Source: a virus. From it: a stretch of DNA of 64,000 nt. Position numbers and translations under genes: made by a program. Positions 10,101 through 18,629 of this stretch are shown in pieces; positions within the stretch are counted from its first letter, which is position 1, and each line of letters begins with the position of its first letter. Location of the stretch: positions 11,321-75,320 of IMG/VR virus record IMGVR_UViG_3300006793_000021; one strand, written 5' to 3'. The notes beneath the pieces were generated by a model. The model was not told where the DNA came from. It was given only the letters and a program-made list of their open reading frames with translations, and did not search any database.

Positions 10101-12225
10101 TATTACTACTTCCGCAGTAGATACTGACCTTGATTTAAGATCAACAAACAGAATATATGTACCAAACGCAGACGTAGAAGTAACTAATAATACCACTGTT
10201 AGTGGTGTCACAGACCTGCGTACAACGTCTCTAAGCGGTAGTTTAACACACGTTGGTACTAGAACAATAACTAACGAAGAAACACGCTTAAAGGGCTTTA
10301 TATACGAACGAAATGTAAATCACTGGAGGAATTTTGGTGCTATTGACGGAAATAGTTCTGCTGTATATGACGGTGTAACATATAATGCAGGAAGCAATGT
10401 TCCTGAGATTAATATTGGCGGAGCCACATATGTTCAAGGTACTCTAGTCGATGTTGACGGGCCTAATTTTTATTTTACAATTCGAAAAGTAGGTGATACT
10501 GAAGTTGTAAATATTCCTTCACAATATACACAGGTTGGTAATTTAGATGTTACCGGACAAGTTGACTTCCAAGGAGATGTACAACTTACCGATGTTAATA
10601 TTAGTGACAATGTTATTACAACAACTATAGGTAATAATGATTTAGATTTACGTGCTTCAGGCACAGGTGAAGTTCTTATTGACGGCACCAATATGCGAGT
10701 TACACAAGACTTATTTGCCGCTAGTATAGCAACTAATGATATTTCAATTAACCAATCATTAGTACTTGATGAGCTTGTTATAACTGATAGTAATATTGAA
10801 ATTAATGAAAACTATATTAGTACTAAAGTATCTAATAGTGATTTACAATTACTTGCTACAGGCGATGTTACAGTAGCATCAAATGATGTTATACTTTCAC
10901 AGAACTTAACAGTTAACGGTACAACTACTCTTGCTAATACAAATATTACAGGTACACTTACACATGTTGGCGATAGAATACTCACAGGGGATTACAATCT
11001 TACTGGTAATTTAAATATCAGTTCTCTTGCTACAGATAGAGCTTTCCAATTTGATGATGTTAAAATAGAAGGTAATGTATTACAAACTACTTTGTCTAAT
11101 AGTAATTTAGATTTACGAGCCGCAGGTACAGGTGAAATATTATTTAATGAAGACTTGCATATTAATAAAAATTTAGATATAGGATCATTCAATGTTGATG
11201 CTGTTGCAGTAGACGATAATGTTTCATTAGAAGTTATTGAATTAAGTACAGATGTACAATTCTTTGATAATGTTATTACAACTACTAATTCAAATAGTGA
11301 TTTAGAATTACGCACAAATGGTACAGGTAGTGTATACCTTCAAGAACTAGATATCTTAGGCAACAACATATCAACTTCTGATTCAGCAATTACTATTGCA
11401 CCAACAGAAAATTTAAACATTACATCTACTACTGCTTTACTAATACCAAGAGGAACATCAGCTCAACGTGTACAAGATACAGGAAGCATATTAGATGGCG
11501 GATCAGCATTTAACAATGCATCTATACTAAGTGGTGGTAGTGCATCAACAGTATTTGATTCTGAATCAATAGTATATAATTCAGGTGCATCAATACTAGC
11601 AGATCAAGGAACTCCAGGAGCAATACGTTTTAACACTGACGATAATGTGTTTGAAGGAACTACGCAAAATACAGTAACATTTAATGGCGTTTATTCATCT
11701 GATAGATTAACTAGTGTACTTGCACATCCTACAAATGATACTATATTGTTTACTACAAATAGTGTAAGTGCTGGTGTTATAGATAGCACAGGAATTACAC
11801 TAAACGGCTTACAAGTAGACGATGTGTTTATTAATGATTCAACAATTACTACAAACGTTTCTAATAGTGATTTAGAATTAACACGTAACGGAAACGGAGA
11901 AGTAGTACTAAACAATATATCAATTATTGGAAATACTATTAAAAACAATACTAACAAAGGTGTTGTTAATATAGTAAATTCAGGATTTGGTTATACTAAA
12001 TTTACTGGTACTGGCGGTGTAGTTATTCCGTTTGGTGGCACAGCAACACAGCCTGATCCAGCAACAAATCCAATACCAGTAGGTGACACAAGATACAACA
12101 CTGATACTCAAATACTTGAAACTTGGGACGGCAACACGTACCTTACTTCAATGGGTCCTAACCCACCAATTACTCCAGCAGAGTTTAACGACTTGCTGTT
12201 GGAATACACTATTATCTTTGGGTAA
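7105..12225 (+). CDS. Giant repeat-rich virion structural protein (1706 aa, GTG start)
   Basis: GRISGPLL N-terminus, FYVAKGGND..G beta-helix entry motif, many (I)TT..SN.DLELRA.GTG repeats; TAAATA at 7078-7083 and SD GGGAG. Confidence 0.8.
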   Translation: MAQVGRISGPLLEENLLRQGIANGTQANLSFKNTNNDTTLLKVDVANGRIGVDLEAVANELQVSQTIQTTDLLSTTSNAGVANFTIIGNNIDAINNQAIYLDAGEHIQLSNLETEQFYISDNYILTKDTNTDIDFKFNGTGKLDIKSNLEVFGDIHAQGNVTLDGNITFGDADTDSIDFNADTADDIIPDVTDNYILGSTGYNWNTLHTELVNGQLITTGLVNVGNVFLDSRQGNIFYVAKGGNDTYTGDHPQAPLLTLKEALDRCDASTTGPVTVFIYPGEYEEICPLEVPANVSIMGNDLRNVIIKPTAGTNDKDIFLLNDSSTITEITVKDFYYNSTNNTGHAFRFAPDAVITNRSPYIKDVSVITKGSVTSASDPRGFAQGDAGKGALVDGADLNSASIEGSMLFHSATFITPNADALTMTNGVRVEWLNSFTYFAKRGMYAVRGSTGRTAYGTTNYGAELRSIGSANVYGTKGAEADGADTLMYLIQHNMAYIGAGKFVDNDPSRLIQANEITELNSGKIHFVTTDQGGSFRIGDNFFVDFETGNTTINIDDLSVNQFNALRINTGTNTTVIDGAFIDTGNLRIQNNIIQTDVGDLIIESAGKINLNDNTNVTGDVDIIGNFSYGGALNVKGNELSDALVFNAELQQNFNPHQNLTFSLGSFNNKWLIAHLSRMEVGDISIYDNVIETNVSDADLELRANGTGKILAPNNNVDVTNNLNVNGLATLANTNITGTVTHVGTTNQTGNTNISEDLNVTSTLDVDSNVQLEEILIDSNFITTTTSNADLELRAAGTGIVNLQDNVNVTDNVSADNIQTTSATFTANVTSDNANIGNIEINDNNISATSTDSNLILNANDEVRVLGTDTVFEQDLTVSGLSVIPNTNITGTLTHTGNRVTSPGSDLTLNGELTVDNVYIEDNFITTTTGNLLLEATGDIVADTNNVSITNDLTVSGVTTLDDTTINSTLTHVGDNVQTGNLAIGGRLDIDSINIDTNVITTSAVDTDLDLRSTNRIYVPNADVEVTNNTTVSGVTDLRTTSLSGSLTHVGTRTITNEETRLKGFIYERNVNHWRNFGAIDGNSSAVYDGVTYNAGSNVPEINIGGATYVQGTLVDVDGPNFYFTIRKVGDTEVVNIPSQYTQVGNLDVTGQVDFQGDVQLTDVNISDNVITTTIGNNDLDLRASGTGEVLIDGTNMRVTQDLFAASIATNDISINQSLVLDELVITDSNIEINENYISTKVSNSDLQLLATGDVTVASNDVILSQNLTVNGTTTLANTNITGTLTHVGDRILTGDYNLTGNLNISSLATDRAFQFDDVKIEGNVLQTTLSNSNLDLRAAGTGEILFNEDLHINKNLDIGSFNVDAVAVDDNVSLEVIELSTDVQFFDNVITTTNSNSDLELRTNGTGSVYLQELDILGNNISTSDSAITIAPTENLNITSTTALLIPRGTSAQRVQDTGSILDGGSAFNNASILSGGSASTVFDSESIVYNSGASILADQGTPGAIRFNTDDNVFEGTTQNTVTFNGVYSSDRLTSVLAHPTNDTILFTTNSVSAGVIDSTGITLNGLQVDDVFINDSTITTNVSNSDLELTRNGNGEVVLNNISIIGNTIKNNTNKGVVNIVNSGFGYTKFTGTGGVVIPFGGTATQPDPATNPIPVGDTRYNTDTQILETWDGNTYLTSMGPNPPITPAEFNDLLLEYTIIFG

Positions 12226-12249
12226 CAACACCCTTTTATCTTAAACGTA

Positions 12250-12388
12250 TAAATACTATTAATGCAAAGCAAGACCATTGTGGACCAACATATCTACAAG
12301 CTGAGCAGGACTAACTGTGGTTATCCGGCAAAGAGCGTGAGCTGAAAATTAGGGTAGAGGGACAGGATCCCCGTATTGAGGAGAAAAG
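12250..12388 (+). promoter_or_regulatory. Late promoter (TATAAATA) and long GC-richer leader
   Basis: TATAAATA at 12248-12255; ~130-nt leader with GGGA-CAGGA-TCCC hairpin before SD GAGGAG. Confidence 0.5.
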
Positions 12389-15300
12389 ATGAGCGCCATC
12401 GGTCGTATTAGCGGTCCGCTCTTAAAGTCGAATTTATTGCGTAACGGCATAGATTTAGCATTTGAGACGGATTTATTATATCTTGATGTAAACAATCAAC
12501 GCATCGGTATCAAAAACGCAACACCTCAATACGAGCTAGACATCACAGGTACAACACGTACAACAGATATAAGAGTTACAAATAGAGCAGACATTGGTGA
12601 TATCAATGTACTAGGTAATACTATTTGGAGCGACAACCAATACCTATACTTAGGTACAGTAGACAACATTGTTTACAACAACAAATTACGTGTAGATGAT
12701 ATTGACGTTGAAGGTAACGTTATTAGCACAAACACATCAAATTCAAACTTAGAATTACGTCCAAACGGAACAGGCGAAGTACATGTTTATTCAAACATGG
12801 AAGTGGACGGAAATATACATGCTACTGGAAATATTACAGCAGATGGTAATATTGTACTAGGTGATGCAGACACTGATAGTATTACTTTCAATGCAGATGT
12901 AGCATCAGATATTATACCAGATTTAGATAATACTTATAACTTAGGTTACAAAGGTACAGAGTATACACAAAATGCAGGTAACTTTGCATTAGGTGATGCT
13001 ACAATTACTGTTAGTAGCGGTACTGGAACACTTAACGTACCTGCAAGTGGTACTGCTTGGGCAGATGACGTTGTTAACACTACAGCAAACATTGCTGATA
13101 GTTTATTATTAGCATTACAGTCTACATCAGGAACACTACACAAAATTACAACAACTAGTGTTTGGACAGGAACAAATCCAAGACAAGCATCAATATCAGC
13201 ACCTAGCATTTTAGACGGAACTTACAACGTAGTTCAAGTTAACCTTGGTGCAAAACGTTGGGCTGATGTTTGGGTAGATAACATTGTAACTAACGGTATT
13301 AATACCGGAACTATTATTGTTGACGGAGTTGACCTAACACTACGCCAAGGTAACATTTTTTATGTTGCAGAAAATGGCGATGATACACATACAGGAACTC
13401 ATCAACAAGATCCTTTTGCAAGTATCAGTAAAGCACTTAGTGTTGCAAGTTCAGGAGATACAATTCATGTATATCCTGGTATATACACAGAAACATTTCC
13501 ACTAACTGTTCCAGTAGGAGTTACAGTTAAAGGACAAGGTATACGTGGCGTAACTATACAGCCAACAACAGCAACACGTTACAATGATGCATTTTTGCTC
13601 AATGGCGAAACGACTATTGAAGATTTAACAGTTAGTGATTTTTATAGTGGCGGAGCATTCCACGACACAACAGCGGCAAGCGCAGGATCTGCAACTTTAA
13701 ATGTTGGAACTGCACCATTTGCACACACGTATGTAAGTGGCGGAACAATTACATTTGGTGGCACTGATTATGCAATTACAAATGCTGTTTATACTCACGG
13801 AACTGGCGAATTAGTAATTACACACGCAGGACCAGATGCCGGCGTAGGAACAAATACATTTATTAAAGATATTGTGTTTAGTTGCAATGGCGGTAATAGA
13901 ACATTCCCAGACAACGGATATGCATTCCGTTTTGCTACAGACTTTGAAGTAACTAGTCGTTCACCATACATTAAAAATGTATCAGTAATTACAAAAGGTA
14001 GTGTAACAAGTGCAAGTGATCCAAGAGGCTTTGATGCAGGAGATGCAGGTAAAGGTGTATATGTAGATGGTGCATACGCAACTATAAATTCTAAAGAAGC
14101 GGCAATGTTATTTCATAGTGCAACATTTATTACTCCAGGAGTTGATGCACTTACAGCAACAAACGGTGCTAGAATAGAATGGTTAAACTCATTTACATAT
14201 TTTGCAAATAGATCAGCATACGCATTTGATAGTAACGATGGTCTAAAAGGCGAAGGTAAAACACGTATTAGATTAAGTGGTATCTCCGGCACATTTGCTG
14301 GCGGCGAAACAATTACATTTACATCTACAGATAATTCAACAGTAGTTACTAAAGTAATTAACAGTGTTGAAAACAGCGACACACTTGTTATTAATGGAAA
14401 AGACACAGGCTTATTAGGATTTGACTTTACTCCGTTAAGTATATCATCAAGTGGCGGAGCAAGTGCTACTGCTATTGAAAGTTTAGATCTAAGAGACTTT
14501 GGTGCTGAAATACGCATGATTGGTAGTGCTAGTGTTTACGGTAATAATGGCTTAGTAGGTGACGGACCAGGTGTATTAGTTTACGCTATTGGACACAACC
14601 TTGCATATATTGGTAATGGTAAAGCAGTTACTAATGATCCATCAACTGTAATACAATCACAAGAAGTTATTGAATCTAACGATGCACAAATACGTTATAA
14701 CTCAGTTGACCATAAAGGTGACTTTAGAGTTGGTGATTTATTTTATGTAAACCAAGAAACAGGTAGTGCTTCATTTAGTGTTAGTGATTTTGTAATTAAC
14801 ACAACTAACGGAGTTACATTTAACACAGGTAGCGACACTACTTTTGTTGATGGTTCAAAAATTGAAACTGGTGATTGGCGTATAAGTGGCAACACAATAC
14901 AAACACTAACACAAGATGCAAACTTTAATGCCGCTAGTGGTACAATTAAATTAAATGATAATGTAGATATTACAGGTAACCTTGATGTAACAGGTAATGT
15001 TACAATTGGCGGTAATATTACAATTGGTGACGAAGCAACAGATACAATAGAAATTGTTGCAGGAATTGATAGTGACATTATTCCTAAACTTAATGGTGTA
15101 TATAGCTTAGGTGAAGCAACTAAACAATGGAGCAATATTTGGGTCAATCAAGTTAACATTGATAGTATAAAAATACGTGATAACTTTATTGAAACTACAG
15201 AGTCAAATGCAGATTTAGAAATAAGAGCAAACGGCACTGGCAACATCTATATACCAAACAATAATGTACAAATTGATAATGCTCTTACAGTTGCAGGACT

Positions 15301-17905
15301 TGCAACACTTGCTAATACAAATATTACAGGTACAGTAACGCATGTAGGTACTACTAACCAAACTGGTACTACTAATGTTACAGGTAATGTTACTGTAACA
15401 CAAAACTTAGATGTAGGTGCCGCGGCACAGTTTGAAGAAATATTAATTGATGATAACTTTATTACTACAACTACAGGAAATACAGATTTAGAATTTCGCA
15501 CAAGCGGAACAGGTAATATTATTGTTCCAGATAATAATGTTAACATAACAAATGATTTAACAGTTGCAGGCGATATTAGTGCAAGTAACTTAACTGCTAG
15601 TGCAAATATAACAAGTGCAACAGCAAACATTGGCGATGTACAAATTAGCGGAACAACTGTAGAAGCAACGGCTTCAAATGCAGATTTAGAATTACGTGCT
15701 AACGGAACTGGAGATGTAACTGTTCCTACTAGTAATGTTGTGCTTGGCCAAGCACTTCAAGTTTTGGGTACTACTGACTTACAAAATGTAAACTTAGGTG
15801 GTGTTCTTACACATTTTGGTAATACTGTACAAACAGGTAACTTTACCCTTACTAACGGAGAGTTTACAAACGGCGATATTAAAATTGATGGTAATACAAT
15901 TGAAACAACTGCTTCAAGTTCAAACTTAGAACTACGTGCAAATGGTAGTGGTATTATTAGTATACCAACTAACAATGTTGCAATTACATTAAATTTAGAT
16001 GTTGACGGTGATACAGATTTACAAGCAACAAATATTACAGGTACACTTACGCACTTAGGCGATACTAACCAAACAGGAAATTATACTGTAACTGGTCAAG
16101 CAGATATTGATAGTGTACAAATTGATAGTAACTTTATTACTACTAATGTTTCTAATACAGATTTAGAATTACGTGCTAATGGCACAGGTAAAGTATTAAT
16201 ACCAAATAACAATGTACAGATTGATAACAATCTTACAGTAAGTGGCGACACAGATTTACAAGCAACAAATGTTACAGGTGCAATAACTCATGTAGGTAAT
16301 ACTACACAAACAGGTAATACTGATCTAGCAGGTAACTTTGATATTACTGGCACTGTTACTGTGTCAAGCGTAGCACAGTTTGAAAATGTAAACATTACAA
16401 ACAACGTTGTAACTACTACAGAATCAAACAGTGATTTAGAATTACGTGCGGCAGGAACAGGCGAAGTAATTGTTCCACAGAATGATGTACACATAACAAA
16501 TGATTTAATTGTAGACGGAACTATTACAGTAGGTGATATTAATAGTGCAGGTACTATTACAGCAAATCAATTTAGTACAGGCGACATATTAATTGATGAT
16601 AATTTCATTACTACAACAGCAAGTAATTCAGACTTAGAATTACGAGCAAGTGGTACAGGTGAAGTTGTAGTTCCTAGCAATGATGTTTTACTTTCACAAA
16701 ACTTAACAGTTGACGGATTAGCAACACTAAAAAATACAAATATTACAGGTACAGTAACACATACAGGTACTACTAACCAAACTGGTGATTTAAACTTAAC
16801 AGGTGCATTAGATGTTGACGGCGATATTACTATTGCTGGAGCAGTACAATTTGAAAATATACAAATTGCAGGCAATGTAGTTGAAACAACACATACAAAC
16901 AGTGATTTAGAGTTACGTGCTAATGGCACAGGCAAAGTTATTATTCCAACTAATGATGTTGAAGTTATTGGTAACTTAACAGTTGATGGAACACTAACAG
17001 TTGGCGATATTGTTAGTACAGGACAAATACAAGCAAACACATTTTATACAGGTGACATACGTGTAGACGATAACTTTATTACAACAACTACAAGTAATTC
17101 AGACTTAGAATTACGAGCAAGTGGTACAGGAAGTATTGTAATTGATACGCTTAGTATTAACGATAGCACAATATCATCTACAGGCGATCTTACTTTAGCA
17201 CCAAGTACAGAACAAGTTATTATAGATGCAACAGGATCTGTAAAACTACCAAGCGGTACAACAGCACAACGTCCAACAGGCGTAGCAGGACAGATTAGAT
17301 TTAACAGTCAATTATCACGCTTTGAAGGATATGACGGAACTAACTGGATTGTATTACACGGTGTAGAAGATTTAGACGGTGATACTAAAGTAACTGCTGA
17401 ACAAACAACAGGTGCAAATGACAACACTATTAGGTTTGATGTAGCAGGTAACACTATAGTTGATATAACAAATATTAGAATGTCAGCACCAAAAGTAACC
17501 GTTGATGACATCACTATTGACGGTAATGTGATAAGTACTACTACAACTAACACAGATATGATTCTGGGTGCAAATGGCACAGGTAGCGTTAAGATAGATA
17601 ATATTGCTTTTAGTGATAATACTATTACTAACACTTCGTCAAATGCTGTAACGCTGTTATCAAATACTGATAATGGCTATTTTAAGTTTGGTACAACTTA
17701 TGGTATGGTTTTACCAGGCGGAACGGCAGCTGAGAGACCACCTGTAGCATATACCGAACAAGGTATGATGCGTTATAACTCAGCTGACGGTCGTGTTGAA
17801 ATATGGGATGGATCAAACTGGGTATCTGTAGCAGGTGCGCAGTCAGGTGTAACAAGAGCTGAAGCAGAAGACATAGCACTCGAAATTGTATTGAGTTTAG
17901 GATAA
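12389..17905 (+). CDS. Giant repeat-rich virion structural protein (1838 aa), paralog of 7105..12225
   Basis: Same GRISGPLL start, RSPYIK.VSVITKGSVTSASDPRGF..GDAGKG block, and DLELRA.GTG repeats. Confidence 0.8.
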   Translation: MSAIGRISGPLLKSNLLRNGIDLAFETDLLYLDVNNQRIGIKNATPQYELDITGTTRTTDIRVTNRADIGDINVLGNTIWSDNQYLYLGTVDNIVYNNKLRVDDIDVEGNVISTNTSNSNLELRPNGTGEVHVYSNMEVDGNIHATGNITADGNIVLGDADTDSITFNADVASDIIPDLDNTYNLGYKGTEYTQNAGNFALGDATITVSSGTGTLNVPASGTAWADDVVNTTANIADSLLLALQSTSGTLHKITTTSVWTGTNPRQASISAPSILDGTYNVVQVNLGAKRWADVWVDNIVTNGINTGTIIVDGVDLTLRQGNIFYVAENGDDTHTGTHQQDPFASISKALSVASSGDTIHVYPGIYTETFPLTVPVGVTVKGQGIRGVTIQPTTATRYNDAFLLNGETTIEDLTVSDFYSGGAFHDTTAASAGSATLNVGTAPFAHTYVSGGTITFGGTDYAITNAVYTHGTGELVITHAGPDAGVGTNTFIKDIVFSCNGGNRTFPDNGYAFRFATDFEVTSRSPYIKNVSVITKGSVTSASDPRGFDAGDAGKGVYVDGAYATINSKEAAMLFHSATFITPGVDALTATNGARIEWLNSFTYFANRSAYAFDSNDGLKGEGKTRIRLSGISGTFAGGETITFTSTDNSTVVTKVINSVENSDTLVINGKDTGLLGFDFTPLSISSSGGASATAIESLDLRDFGAEIRMIGSASVYGNNGLVGDGPGVLVYAIGHNLAYIGNGKAVTNDPSTVIQSQEVIESNDAQIRYNSVDHKGDFRVGDLFYVNQETGSASFSVSDFVINTTNGVTFNTGSDTTFVDGSKIETGDWRISGNTIQTLTQDANFNAASGTIKLNDNVDITGNLDVTGNVTIGGNITIGDEATDTIEIVAGIDSDIIPKLNGVYSLGEATKQWSNIWVNQVNIDSIKIRDNFIETTESNADLEIRANGTGNIYIPNNNVQIDNALTVAGLATLANTNITGTVTHVGTTNQTGTTNVTGNVTVTQNLDVGAAAQFEEILIDDNFITTTTGNTDLEFRTSGTGNIIVPDNNVNITNDLTVAGDISASNLTASANITSATANIGDVQISGTTVEATASNADLELRANGTGDVTVPTSNVVLGQALQVLGTTDLQNVNLGGVLTHFGNTVQTGNFTLTNGEFTNGDIKIDGNTIETTASSSNLELRANGSGIISIPTNNVAITLNLDVDGDTDLQATNITGTLTHLGDTNQTGNYTVTGQADIDSVQIDSNFITTNVSNTDLELRANGTGKVLIPNNNVQIDNNLTVSGDTDLQATNVTGAITHVGNTTQTGNTDLAGNFDITGTVTVSSVAQFENVNITNNVVTTTESNSDLELRAAGTGEVIVPQNDVHITNDLIVDGTITVGDINSAGTITANQFSTGDILIDDNFITTTASNSDLELRASGTGEVVVPSNDVLLSQNLTVDGLATLKNTNITGTVTHTGTTNQTGDLNLTGALDVDGDITIAGAVQFENIQIAGNVVETTHTNSDLELRANGTGKVIIPTNDVEVIGNLTVDGTLTVGDIVSTGQIQANTFYTGDIRVDDNFITTTTSNSDLELRASGTGSIVIDTLSINDSTISSTGDLTLAPSTEQVIIDATGSVKLPSGTTAQRPTGVAGQIRFNSQLSRFEGYDGTNWIVLHGVEDLDGDTKVTAEQTTGANDNTIRFDVAGNTIVDITNIRMSAPKVTVDDITIDGNVISTTTTNTDMILGANGTGSVKIDNIAFSDNTITNTSSNAVTLLSNTDNGYFKFGTTYGMVLPGGTAAERPPVAYTEQGMMRYNSADGRVEIWDGSNWVSVAGAQSGVTRAEAEDIALEIVLSLG
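16620..17130 (+). repeat. Exact 40-nt direct repeat within a repeat gene (16620-16659 and 17091-17130)
   Basis: CAAGTAATTCAGACTTAGAATTACGAGCAAGTGGTACAGG at both sites. Confidence 0.85.
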
Positions 17906-17911
17906 GAAAAA

Positions 17912-18241
17912 ATGGCAACATTATTTAAGAATAAAGTAGTAAAAGAAATAGGTACGTTACCGGTTGACATATATGAAACTGATGCAAGTACACGAGCAAC
18001 CGTTATTGGTTTAAGTATTACAAATTTAACAACATCATTTGTTTATGTTGATGTTATTATATTTGATGATACAAGTGTTGCAGGTTTCTATTTAAAGGAT
18101 ACAGTGTTGCCAGCTAATACAGCACTAAGAGTTGTTAACCAAGGTGAAAAACTTATATTAGCGGCTAATAACAAATTACAAGTTCGAGCTAGTGTCGCAG
18201 ACAGTGTTGACGTAGTATTGAGCTTTGTGGAGATTGTGTAA
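17912..18241 (+). CDS. Small structural protein (family of 6188 and 33542)
   Basis: TVIGLSITN ... LPANT ... EKLILAANN pattern. Confidence 0.72.
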   Translation: MATLFKNKVVKEIGTLPVDIYETDASTRATVIGLSITNLTTSFVYVDVIIFDDTSVAGFYLKDTVLPANTALRVVNQGEKLILAANNKLQVRASVADSVDVVLSFVEIV

Positions 18242-18618
18242 TGACATATTATGTAGGTAATAACCCACAAGACGTTTTAGACGGGTTTATTAAAAGATAT
18301 TTTTACGGTATGCGTAGGAATGAAGATGGTGAATTATTTTTAATTCGTATTGACCAGCTTCAAGGACAAGAAAATGTTGCAGTAATTAACGACATTGGTG
18401 TATCAGCAAATAACTTTTTAGACTTTGAAGAAGGTATTGATTATTTAGATGGAGTAGACGCAGAGCATAATATTGTTTATGCAAACTTGCGATATCCACA
18501 GATTAGATGGGACGGACGTTCATTAGTCTATTATATTGATCCCACAGACGGACAATTTATAATGAGAATATCAGAAGGATATGACTACCCTGAGAATATT
18601 TCAGGACCAGGGTATTAA
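18241..18618 (+). CDS. Hypothetical protein
   Basis: 125-aa ORF, TAATG-coupled within the structural operon. Confidence 0.7.
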   Translation: MTYYVGNNPQDVLDGFIKRYFYGMRRNEDGELFLIRIDQLQGQENVAVINDIGVSANNFLDFEEGIDYLDGVDAEHNIVYANLRYPQIRWDGRSLVYYIDPTDGQFIMRISEGYDYPENISGPGY

Positions 18619-18629
18619 GGAGCAACTAA

